Assembly (NCBI RefSeq): GCF_036588685.1 | Contig: NC_086382.1 | Span: 21,576,001 to 21,640,000, forward strand | DNA: 64,000 nt | Reading direction: 5' to 3' | DNA from: Mytilus trossulus | Lineage: Eukaryota | Shown here: one piece after another, positions 35,004-47,022 of the stretch | How the letters are laid out: each line of letters begins with the position of its first letter | Position numbering within the stretch: the first letter of the stretch is position 1 | The notes under the pieces: generated by a model | What the model was told of the DNA's origin: nothing | Seen by the model: the letters and a program-made list of their open reading frames with translations, nothing else | Databases searched by the model: none | Made by a program: the position numbers and the translations under genes

Positions 35004-38000
35004 GTAAGTGTGAAAAGTTTAGCCTTATAAAAAGTATTTTAAAGAGTTGTCAAAATGAGTAAATATAAACATGTACAGTGATATAGTTGTTAAATTCTGC
35101 ATCAGCGATCTCCTGTAAATAGATTGGCAATCATATAGTTTACATCCATTTATTTTTCTGTGTACATTTGTACCTTTAATATTTGGGCATGGTTGCTGAA
35201 AGAATGTAGTCAAAGTAAGTTTATGTATAGAGTAAAGTGATTATTCACCTGAATTTGTGATTAATTTGTGACGCTTTTCTGATATGTTTCATGCAACAAT
35301 TTAACCACAATTTACCTTATGACCTTTATATAGTATCTTCCAAAGACATTTTTTTTTAGAGCTATTGTCCTTCGTACCGTTTCACAAAGCCTTTCTTCTT
35401 TTGATTATTTGAATATGCAAGCAACTTACATAATGCAAATCTAAGGTTTTAATATTTTTTATTTATCTTATTTCCTATCGGCGTCCGTCTTAACAATTTA
35501 ATAAATAGGCTTTCTATCACGTCCGCGTTCTGATATCTATTTATAATCATATCACTACAGGCACAGTGGTAATCGATAACACGTTTAAAGAAGGATGTAT
35601 TATTCCCATTTAAACCTAAAATCAGTGTTTCACAGTCAAACCAAATAATTATTTTTTGATAATTTCTGCCAAAAAGAAATGTATTAATTTTAATTAGAAT
35701 ATCGAAATAAACAAAATCTGATTTGGATTAGTTTTGTTGTCAACTATTTAGATATACATGTAACTATGTCTTTCTAGACTCTCCTGACCAGTGCTCGATA
35801 ATTTAACACTGGTTTTTACTGTTTACCGACTGAATCGTGCAAACTGATTCATGACCTTTTGTTTGATCATAGTTGACCTTATTTGAAATAAAAGGATCTG
35901 ATTGGTTGTTTAATTTCTATTATAATGTCACCTTAGGGCATGCTTGATTCACATACTAAAAATATGCCAAATTTGAATACAAATTGACCAGTTCTCGATA
36001 ATGCAATAAAAACCTCACAATAAAAATAAAATAAGAACTATGATGTCTATTTGATAAAATGAACATTTTACTGATAATTGGCATTTAAATTTTACTGAAA
36101 TAGTAATTATATATTCATAGAAATTCTGAGATTCTAAAATTTATCAAAATGTTTGTTTGAAAAAAAAAAAATCTGTAAAATGTTCATAGTTCATTTTTCC
36201 TTTGCAGTACCATGGCTCATCAGTGACAAATGTATTTAGGTGGATCAAGGACCTCAAATCAAAAGATCCTATAGGTCTCAATTACTAATGGTTCATGAGT
36301 TATTAATACATCTCTGATGACAAATAAATAACGGGAAATAACCACCATATGGAATCTTCAGATCCCTTCGATAAAATTAATCTCGACAACCTATGGATAT
36401 GATAAGCAATTTGGTAGAATAATTTTGTCATAATCTTTGATGGTTCCGAAGAAGTTGTTCGCACAAGGAAAATAGTGGTCATGAATATATTTTTTACACA
36501 AACAAGTGTTCGGTAAAATTGATAATATATTGTTTGCACCTGTTCTAAGTCAGGAATCTGATGTTCAGTAGTTGTCTTTTGTTGATGTGATTCATAAGTG
36601 TTTCTCGTGTAGTTTGATATATAGATTAGACCGTTGTTTTTCCTGTTTGAATGGTTTTACACATATATTTTTTGGGAGACCCTTTATAGCTTGCTGTTCG
36701 GTTTGAGTTAAGGCTCGGTATGAAGACTTGTACTTTGACCTATAATGATTTACTTTTACAAATTGCGACTAAGATGAACTGCAGACTTTTCTCATTGCTA
36801 TATGAGTGCATATGTATGTAATCGGTATCTTCCATAGAATTGATTTTCAAAAGTTAAAGGGTAATATATAATTTTTTAGTATAACCATGGAAGCATTCTG
36901 CATTTATTTACCATGCATACAATATTGCAAAATGGGGGTGAAAATATCAAATATCCTCCCCCCCCAAAAAAAAAAATTGGACCAAACTAGAATTTCAATG
37001 CCTTTGAGTGCTACATTTTCAGAAACTGTTGACATTAATCTCCCTCATGAAAAAAGAAAATGGGTGTCTTTCGCCTCCTTTTTTCGTAAAAGGAGTAGAG
37101 CAATAAGGCCCTTATTTGGCCAAAATATTACTGGAAATTATAAAATTACCATACATATTCTTAAATGTGTCATAACAAGACCAAGGTACAAGGTATTTAG
37201 AAAATAAAAACAAATTTCACATTGATCAAGCTTACCATGGCAACAAACCATAACATAATTTGCATGTTTTGTAAAATTTAATGATTTTCCTTGTTTTGCA
37301 TCAAATTTTAAGTATAATTTAGATCGGAAAAGTATGTGCGCACGCAATAAACAACTTTATATTTGGTGAGGTTATTTTAATAGTCCTAATAAAGCTTCTC
37401 TTAAATTATTTTGTTGTTTCTTGGCTGTGCACGATGTTTCCACAATGGAAATAACGATGAAAAACTGCATAAATTCTTTATTTTTCATCACTTTAGAGAA
37501 AACGGTACATACTATGACGTGATTGTCACGTCATCAGATAAAAATCTTTATGTTTTTCATTTATATTTTTTGACCCTATGCATTTCCATTCATTATGTGC
37601 AAATCTGAAATAGTTGTCTAACAGTTTATTTCTTGGGCCAAAACCAGGCCTTAATACCCCTACTCCTTTAATCACAAAGTCCAGTAGACAAAGGTTGGAA
37701 AAAAACATTACAATATTTGCCGGACCAATGTTTGGTATGGATATGCAAATACGGACTGTCAAACAGAAAACAGCCTATATTACATATATTGAATAATCTT
37801 GATGTTAATATAAACCCACCATGAAGGCTATTTTAATATTAAGCTATCCAAAAATTAATTTTATTGCACACTAGCTCTCATATTTGAAAAATCTACAGGG
37901 GCAAAAATGCGAAACTTCACAACTTACTGTGGAGTTCTACCTAAATAGAGACATAGCGTCAATAAATTTGAGGATACGTAAAATAACCTTTGAAACACGT

Positions 38001-38629
38001 GATCGCCATTTTCAATGAAAACAGTAGAATGTTACACCATATGTTTTATTATTTATTATGATTTTAACCTTATGTTACATGGTTTCCATAACCACAGTAG
38101 TCACAGGTGAATGACACAGGCTCTTGGGAGCTTCTAGTTCTATGTAGATGTGGTGATGAATTAATAGCCTTGATTCAATAGTCCTCAAGGTTTGACTATG
38201 CTTACATGAAATATTTATCAGTAGAACAGCTGAATTCATGAATTTAAATGTGTTCAATGGTTTTTTCTACAGTCAACATTTGTATGCTTCATAAAAATAA
38301 ATACCATTCACAAAACCACTCATGACAATTTTCAATGATACAGTTACAATAATGACCATGTATAGCCATGATTAATACATGCATACATTGTCTTAGACAA
38401 AATGTGATAAACGTGCATGATTATAGACAGGAACTAAAATTGATAGATTAATATTGATTCCATATACAATAAATGAGTGAATTAGTCTTATGGCAGAAAG
38501 AGGTTTACAAATGTAATGCGAAGAATTGAACAAGCTGAATAAGCTGCAGATGATTGATTTTAAAAACCACTTTTATTATATGCCAATCAAATAAACTCAT
38601 CATAGATACCAGGACTAAATTTAGTATAT

Positions 38630-38673
38630 ACGCCAGACGCGCGTTTCGTCTACAAAAGACTCATCAGTGACGC
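38630..38673 (-). ncRNA. Type I hammerhead ribozyme in retrozyme fragment 38588-38731
   Basis: GCGUCA-CUGAUGA-GUCU UUUGU AGAC-GAAA-CGCGCG-UC-UGGCGU. Confidence 0.88.
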
Positions 38674-38950
38674 TCGAATCCAAAAACGTTAAAAAGGCTA
38701 ATAAAGTACGAAGTTGAAGAGCATTGAGGACGATGGTATATCAATATCTGCCCATCCGCCGACTCTTTGTACGATAACTATAACCCGCTTAAGACAATTC
38801 CCACATAACTTAAATACAACATTAGAATGGATGGACGATAGCTTCCTTTTGATTTTGTTGTTTTTGACTTTGTCATTTTAGAATAATGAAAATTTTACCT
38901 TTAGATTTTAGACAATATTCACAAAGAGTGCAATTACTCCGGTATTCCTT

Positions 38951-39320
38951 AATAGACCAATTTCGAGTTATGTCCTTAACCGGAAAATTTAGTCAATTGT
39001 ATGTGCCTTTGTGATCTCATTAACCAGATGGAGGAGATAGCCTGTACCCAGCATCGTTGAAATTGTTATTATGCAGGATAAACTAAAAATAATATTTGTT
39101 CAGCAATTTACTAAATCAAAATTTCCTAATGAAAGCAGTGCTGAATATCAGTTATAAGAATATAATTTGCCGAATAATTTGTGCAATATAGCATTTAATT
39201 TTTTCAACCAATCGCTCAACATAGGAACGGAAGTGACGACGCCCCTAAAAGCGCGAATTATGTTTACTTTTGAAACCAAACTTTTTGACAGATATGCAAC
39301 GAACTCGAAAGTTGTCTATT
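38951..39320. mobile_element. Small MITE
   Basis: AATAGACCAATTTCGAGTT / AACTCGAAAGTTGTCTATT inverted ends (2 mismatches). Confidence 0.6.
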
Positions 39321-39743
39321 GATTCCCACCAAACTTTACATTATTTTAGGAATTGCAATTGGTGAAAGGAAATTGATTTATTTTGATTTGCGGTTTATCT
39401 TTCTAGATTTCTACTTTTGTTTAGAACTTAAGTTGTCACATTTTTGTAAATTGTTCGTCTATTAATCTTACAATTTTAAATGCTTTGGTTGATTAATTGT
39501 AAATTTACATGACTGTTTGAGAGCATTTTATTTGCTCCTGATTAAATGACTTTGAAATATCCCATTTTCATCTTTCAACGAATTCAAAATGCATTATAAA
39601 GGCATATCATGTGTAGTTCACTGTTTATATTCGAAAAGAACAAACCTTGAAAAATAAGAGAAAAAATATATATAAAGAGGTACAAATAGAAATGTTAATG
39701 TTTAACAAGTTTATATTTATTATTAAAACCTTATTATTTGCAG

Positions 39744-39847
39744 TATGGCAGTGACATCAGCTGTGTTGATATGTATAGCGATTGGAGCAAACCTCGTTGT
39801 TATCTTGAAATCTCAACAAGAAAAGAGATTAGCTATGAGGAACAGAT
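39744..39847 (+). CDS. Transmembrane exon of the Ig-TM-ankyrin gene
   Basis: Acceptor ttatttgcag and donor AT/gtaagt; phase 2 in, phase 1 out. Reads (I)MAVTSAVLICIAIGANLVVILKSQQEKRLAMRNR: a hydrophobic helix followed by basic residues. Confidence 0.75.
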
Positions 39848-40483
39848 GTAAGTTTGTAAGCTCCACTTGTCTGTTCATCGTTTATTAACTGTAAACTTTT
39901 CTTTAAAAATCTTTATCTCTAAAACTGTTCTATGGATTGAAATCAAAGTTTATCTGATTCATTTAAATCATGTGAACTATAACAGTGTATAAAGTGTGTT
40001 ATATTTGTCCAGGTTGATGGCCCGACACGGACACCTGGTATACGAATAGAACATGTTGGTCAAACTACATTGTTGGCTGATATTTCTAAAACTTTAGCAA
40101 TAGGTAAAAATGGTAAAAATAGTCAGTTTTACAAATCTATTTACCATGAAAACATGGGGAATTTTTTCCTTTCTATATATTTTGGAGTTATTGCCACTGA
40201 AATGTAGATTTTTATCATTTTTGCTTTTCCTAGCCATTTTTATGATAACTATAGAAGTGTAAATTGATCAGCATGAAAAGATATATCCGACCTGAAAATT
40301 GCAGAAAATTTAACTAATTATTTTGGATTTATTGCCGCTGAAATATTTTTTCCTCCAATTTTTTGCAATTATTGACTGTTTCTGTGAAAATTATAGAAGG
40401 TAGATTAGGAATAATACCATGGTTAATTGGAAAAAAAATTATCTGTCAATGTGTTTTACAGTGTATGCTCCTGAAATATCCAT

Positions 40484-41170
40484 TTTTAGCCCACCTGGCC
40501 CAGTGAGCCGAGTAAGCATTTCTTATCACTAAGGATCCGTCGTCGTCATCCGTCGTCTTCGTGCGTCGTCCGTCGTCTTCGTCGTTAATTTTACAAAATT
40601 CTTCTCTGAAACTACTGTGCCCAATTTAACTAAACTTGGCTTAATTTATCCTTATGGTATTTAAGTTTAATAAATGAATCCGATGACCCCGCTCATCAAC
40701 CAAGGTAGATGCCACGGCATAGAATAGAACAAGGGGGGTATAATGACGTCTTTGGGTTATATCACTGAATTTAAGCATTTAGAGCAATTCTCACATTTGG
40801 GTAAAAATTTCCATATGGTCAAGATTTATCTGCCCGGAAATTTTCAGACGTATCAGACAACCCGTTGTTAGGTTGCTGCCCCTGAATTGGTAATTTATGG
40901 CAATTTTGAAGTTTTTGGTTATTACATTGAATATTATAAAAGATAGATATAAGCTGTAAACAGAAAAATTGTTCAGCAAAACAAGATCTTCAAATACGTC
41001 AACGTGATTTTAATTAATCATATAAGAAGTTATTGTCCTTTAATTTCTGTTTTTCACCATTATTCGTAAACTTCTACACTTAATCTTTTTAGTCATATAG
41101 AAGTAAATAACGCTACAATTTTCAATAGGGTAAAATGTATCTCATGACCTGTCATCCAACCAGCATGACC
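40484..41170 (+). mobile_element. Degraded HINE copy (same family as 30116)
   Basis: TTTTTAGCCCACCTGGCC.., a (CGT)n tract and a homologous body. Confidence 0.7.
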
Positions 41171-42727
41171 TGGTTAATGGATAATAACTTTTAAGTAAAA
41201 TTTGGATTACCTCCCTCACACTACTTAAAATTTGTAAGTATGGTTGCAAACTCCATTGTAAATTTGAAATGAGATGTTGACCATAGCTTGAGTGAAAGAA
41301 TTGTTTTTTCAGGGGGTAATGTAGAAGAAATTGTTGGAAAAGGGGGGGGGGGGGGTAAACATGAAGTTGTTGGGGACAATTGTTCTTAAGATTTCAAAGA
41401 TTTAAAAGACAATTTCTTCAATTTTTTATATTTTTGCCAAAAATAGGATTGAGGGAGTGGGGTCGATTCTCACCAGCTTAGTGTATTGCACACAAGCACA
41501 CAATAAGAAAAAAAGGGGTGGTCAATTCGCAACAGCATGGTGTATTGCACATAGCAAAAAAAATGAATATAAATTCAAATCATATAACAAATTCTAAGTT
41601 CTTTTGACTACAGTTATTCTGTGTCAGAAACTTATTATGTGTCTAAGTGCTAGATTAAACATGTTCATTGCAAGAATGATCAGCAACGCTAAAATAACTG
41701 GTAAATTTTCAACAAAAGATTGTATTTCCTACTTTGTCATTGTATTAGCTATCGATGAATAAATAGTTTAATGAGTTCAATCTGAATATTTATTTTTCTA
41801 TATAATTCGTCTAAACAATGTTAGATCTGTAAATTTGATAATGAGTTTTACATGTTTTAATTATACCAATAATATATATCTATTGGTAAAGAAAACAAAG
41901 CAGACAATAAAGGTGTAATGAAAATTTAATTGAATAGTTTGATCTAACTTATGTATATAGTTTATAAATGTTTTCTATATATTCAGGTATTTTTTTGTTT
42001 TTTAATTCCATTTTCATTTGTATAGAAAAAAATGGATGAATGGAGTATTTTTTTTTCTGTCAATAATTTAATATCAACTCAGTCTCGATCCGGACCATAA
42101 GAGTATAATACTAGTTTGATTATTTCCGGCCCGGACCATATGAGTATTTAGGTATTTTTTAAATTACATTATAAAAGTTTCAATAATACAAAAACTGTAT
42201 CTAAAAAAAACAATGATGGTTACATGACAATGTATTGTTTTTATATTTCAAATACTACGTAAAAATTAAATATTGATGCCATAGTTAGTTTTAATCGCTA
42301 AGTTCATTCTTGCATGTAGGCTTGGGGTGACATTTACTTCCACATGGTATCATAGGTTTTTTGCATTTGCAAGTTTTGGTTTTGCACGATCCTTTTCATT
42401 TACACATTTTGTTTGCGAGTGAAAAGCTACCCTTGTTGAAGCTGCGTACAGTGATATTACATCTATGGTGATACCGAGGTCTTGGGCCATTCCGATATTT
42501 CTACGGTGTTTTAAAGAAGCTCTAGATCTCAAATATCGTCAAAGGATTGCAACACACCATATTCACAAGACAACTTAAATAAACTATTTTACTTTCCAGT
42601 GACTTCTTGTGTATCGGTTCATTAAGAAACTTTTGGAATTTTTTTAAGTCGACATATTGCCATTCACTCGTAATAACAAATCGGTAACGACCATTGGTAT
42701 CATAACATTAAAGGTACCAATTTTTCT

Positions 42728-42771
42728 GCACCAGATGCGCATTTCGACAATACATGTCTCTTCAGTGATGC
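42728..42771 (-). ncRNA. Type I hammerhead ribozyme (intact)
   Basis: GCAUCA-CUGAAGA-GACA UGUAU UGUC-GAAA-UGCGCA-UC-UGGUGC. Confidence 0.9.
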
Positions 42772-43078
42772 TCGTGGCCAAAATATTTGAAATCCAAAGC
42801 TTATATAAAAGACGAAGAGCTATAATCCAAAAGGTCCAAAAAGTATAGCCAAATCATTGGAAGGAATCAGAGCTTTGCATGAAGGAGATACATTCCTTAA
42901 ATTATAATCATTTCTAACATTTTGTAACAGCAAATTTTAATAACACAAAAAAATCCGTATTTTCATGCTAGTACCGAAGTACTGGCAACTGGGCTGATGA
43001 TACCCTCGGGGACTAACAGTCCACCAGCAGAGGCATCGACCCAGTGGTAGTAATAACATTAAAGGTACCAATTTTCCT

Positions 43079-43121
43079 GCACCAGATGCGCATTTTGACA
43101 ATACATGTCTCTTCAGTGATG
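43079..43121 (-). ncRNA. Type I hammerhead ribozyme (GAAA mutated to AAAA, likely inactive)
   Basis: CAUCA-CUGAAGA-GACA UGUAU UGUC-AAAA-UGCGCA-UC-UGGUG. Confidence 0.75.
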
Positions 43122-43427
43122 GTAGTGGCCAAAATATTTGAAATCCAAAGCTTATATAAAAGATGAAGAGCTATAATCCAAAAGGTCCAAAAGGTATAGC
43201 CAAATCATTGAAAGGAATCAGTGCTTTGCATGAGGGAGATACATTCCCTAATTTATAAAAATTCTAACATTTTTTAAAAGCAAATTTTGATAACACAAAA
43301 AAAACGTATTTTCATGCAAGTACCGAAGTACTGGCAACTGGGCTGGTGATACCCTCGGGGACTAACAGTCCACCAGCAGAGGCATCGACCCTGTGGTAGT
43401 AATAACATTAAAGGTACCAAATTTCCT

Positions 43428-43471
43428 GCACCAGATGCGCATTTCGACAATACCTGTCTCTTCAGTGATGC
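43428..43471 (-). ncRNA. Type I hammerhead ribozyme (intact)
   Basis: GCAUCA-CUGAAGA-GACA GGUAU UGUC-GAAA-UGCGCA-UC-UGGUGC. Confidence 0.9.
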
Positions 43472-44658
43472 TCGTGGTCCAAATATTTGAAATCCAATGC
43501 TTATATAAAAGATTAGAGCTATAATCCAAATAAAATTATCTATATGATAGCGTCTTTTTAATGAACGATCATACCATATGAAAAGTTAAGAAGTATTAAA
43601 AGTTAACTGTAACAGAGTGTTAGTTACCCCGACCATATAAGTATATACCCATATGGTCATGATCATACGCGTATGGTTCAAATACTCATATATATATATA
43701 TGGTCCGGAACATATATATATATATTTCTGTGACTGTATCCTTTACTATAGATAATTGAGCTGATCTGTAACAATAACATCTCCATGCCTTTTATATCAT
43801 GTACTGTAGTACGCCGCTAGAGTAAAACTGACGAGGAAAGGTAACACACGGCCACCGAACGCTTTATTATTGTGAAGCCCAGGTGGTCGTGTGGTCTAGC
43901 GGGACGGCTACAGTGCAGGCGATTATGTGTCACAATATCTCAGTTGCATGGGTTCGAATCCCGGCGAGGGAAGAACAAAAAAATTTGCAAAAGCAAATTA
44001 ACAGATCTAACATTGTTGGGTTGATGTTTAGACGAGTTGTATATACATAATTAGTACTGCAACCAGAGTTCATTTTTAAAAGTTTAATGGTCCGGAAGAA
44101 CACACACCTAAATTATATATCGATGGAAAGAGGAAAATGTGTACAATAAGAAAAGTTGGGTCGTAAAAATCCAGAGTGGTCACAATTATGTGAAATTGAG
44201 GTCAAAGGTCAGACCTAAAAATATCAATATTTCAACCACAAGAACAAAATTAAATTTATATATATATATATATTTTATTTGGCAATCGCCAATGGCAGTC
44301 AGCAGGGTTAAAGAAAATCAGTTGTTCGACCTGTTAGTCAAATGCGTTTTGTTTAAATATACTTTTTCACTTTTTTGGTCTTTTGGAAAATGTTGTTTGT
44401 GCTGTACTTAGACCCTTCTACAACGAAATTTGTTTTACATTAACACGTATAAAAATTGCGGTTTTTATCCAACGCAATCATAGGTTTGGACGTAGTTTCC
44501 AATTAAGACTCGTTTATATTTTTTCGTTTGGGCTTGTATCATATTTTCCCTCCGGTTTATATGATCAGTTCATCCTATATTGACTATTAAAATTCAAGAG
44601 TCTATCTAAAAGTGAGGGTACATTTTATATGGCCTTCCAAATACCGTTTCGATCCCTA

Positions 44659-44702
44659 ACATCACTGAAGAGACATTTATTGTCGAAATCCGGATCTGAT
44701 GT
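44659..44702 (+). ncRNA. Type I hammerhead ribozyme (module A, perfect stems)
   Basis: ACAUCA-CUGAAGA-GACA UUUAU UGUC-GAAA-UCCGGA-UC-UGAUGU. Confidence 0.9.
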
Positions 44703-44965
44703 ACAAAAAAAATATATATATATATATTGACATCTTATGTTTGTGGCATAAAATCGTGGCCACAAGTTAATTGTTTTCAGTTTAGTATTAAATTTATATT
44801 AAGATCCATTTTGTTACATCTTGTGATCAATTTTATTTGGCAATCGCCAATGGCAGTCAGCAGGGTTGAATAACATCAGTTGTTCGACCTGTTAGTCAAA
44901 TGCGTTTTGTTTAAATATACTTTTTCACTTTTTTGGTCTTTTGGAAAATGTTGTGTGTGCTGTAT

Positions 44966-45502
44966 TTAGACCCTTCTACAACGAAATTTGTTTTACATGC
45001 ACTCGTATAAAAATTGCGTTTTTTATCCAACGCAATCATAGGTTTGAACGTAGTTTTCAATTTAGACTCGTTTATATATATATATAGTTTTAGACCCTTC
45101 TACAACGAAATTTGTTTTACATGCACACGTATAAAAATTGCGGTTTTTATCCAACGCAATCATAGGTTTGAACGTAGTTTTCAATTTAGACTCGTTTATA
45201 TATATATATAGTTTTAGACCCTTCTACAACGAAATTTGTTTTACATGCACACGTATAAAGATTGCGGTTTTTATCCAACGCAATCATAGGTTTGAACGTA
45301 GTTTTCAATTTAGACTCGTTTATATATATATATAGTCTTAGACCCTTCTACAACAAAATTTGTGTTACATGCACACGTATAAAAATTGCGGTTTTTATCC
45401 AACGCAATCATAGGTTTGAACGTAGTTTTCAATTTAGACTCGTTTATAAATATATATAGTTTTAGACCCTTCTACAACGAAATTTGTTCTAAATGCACAC
45501 GT
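44966..45502 (+). repeat. 124-bp tandem repeat (~4.3 units) of the module A 3' end
   Basis: Period 124 (ORF starts at 45014, 45138, 45262 and 45386); each unit ends in GACTCGTT(TA)n. Confidence 0.95.
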
Positions 45503-47022
45503 ATATATATATACAACTCGTCTAAACATCAACCCAACAATGTTAGATCTGTAAATTTGCTTTCGCTCTTTTGTTTTTGTTCTTCCCTCGCCGGGATTCG
45601 AACCCATGCTACTGAGATATCGAGACACCAAATCGCCTGCACTGCAGCCGTCCCGCTAGACCACACGACCACCTGGGCTTCACAATAATAAAGCTTCACA
45701 ACTCGTCTATATATATATGTACAACTAATGACAAAACAATGAGATTCAGTTATAAAAATATAAAAGTTTATACATAATTCATTCGTTTGTGAATGATTTT
45801 CATGGTACAAATACACCAATATACAAGTTGTCTTTTATTGCAAACACAATTTATACAACATACGATTTAAGTTTATAAATGCATTGCATAAGGAAATAAA
45901 TAAAGCACTATTATAAAATAACATTTGAGGAAATATATGTATAATGATGGAAAATACAATTATTGTTTATTCCACACCTACAATAGTTAAATTCATACTT
46001 CCTGACTGTATTAGCCCTTCAAATACACTTCAATTAGGAAGTATAATAGACCTAGCAACACAACTCCCAATAAAATCTGGGAGAGAGATTGAGTGCCTAA
46101 AAAGGATAAACAGTTCATCCTCTCCTACCTGTTGTATTGCGCCAGCAAGTAAAACATCATGCAATACGTCGCTTTCTATATAACTTTTATTTTATGAGAA
46201 TAAAGTATTCATGTAATTTCACAATTGAGAAAAAGAGGATGGGATTTAAGATAAGACAATTTTAAAATATATTTCTGTTTCCATATGTGGTACAGATGTC
46301 GGACAATTCAGGATGATATCCGTAAAACTTTCAAAGGGATAACTTTAACTTAATTAGTTGGTCTCTTTGGTGCAATAACGTCCTTATAAGTTGCCAGTAA
46401 CTCTCTATCAAGAAAATCATTATAGGACACTCAAACCCTGGATTAGCATCAATGCTGGAATGTTGCTACTCAGAAACTAAAAGTGCACAATTGGGAAATT
46501 GAAGTCATCTCTATGGCCAATAGGTTTAAATCCCAACTGACCCTCAGTGTCAATTCCTAAATGTATATCAAGATATAAGGCAGAATGAACTATAACTGTA
46601 ATGTCATAAATTTCATGGTTCAAGTGGATAGATGTAGTCAAAATAGTCACTATTTCAACATAGTCTCTATATTTTTATTTATTATGTAAAAAGACATCGC
46701 TAAACAAAAAGTGAAGTTAAAGGATAAAGCCATGGTTTTGCAATACATTTAGCGTGTGCTTGAAAAGTTTCTGTTTAAGAAAAAAGAAAAGTTGTCAAAC
46801 AGAGGTCGCATGCCAACATACGTGCTGTGCCATGTGAAAAATATGACTCAGCTTGTTGAATTATATTGGCTACAATCTAATAAATAGTTATGCAAAGAAA
46901 AAATACATACCTTTGAAAAAATATTAACATTTATAAGTAAAGGATGATAACTTAAAAAGAATAACGTATACACAATCTCTGAGCTTTGTTATTGCCTGTA
47001 ACCACTATATAAAATATTTCAG

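Larger units (their letters stand above)
42703..43530 (-). mobile_element. Tandem ~350-bp non-LTR retrozyme array (2.3 units, 3 HHRs)
   Basis: Unit landmarks at 42711, 43062 and 43411; each unit carries a type I HHR on the minus strand. Confidence 0.9.
42131..43708. mobile_element. MITE-like element hosting the retrozyme array
   Basis: CCGGACCATATGAGTATTT / AAATACTCATA(TA)nTGGTCCGG inverted ends; similar ends at ~21300 and ~22410. Confidence 0.5.
43730..45720. mobile_element. Second cluster of (TA)n-flanked module A/B elements
   Basis: Module B (+) ~43730-44050, module A (+) ~44272-44520 and ~44580-45085, tandem 3' ends, module B (-) ~45505-45700; (TA)n at the junctions. Confidence 0.8.

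Noticed and set aside
45014-45688. Four near-identical 65-100 aa ORFs
   Set aside because: Artefact of the 124-bp non-coding tandem repeat.
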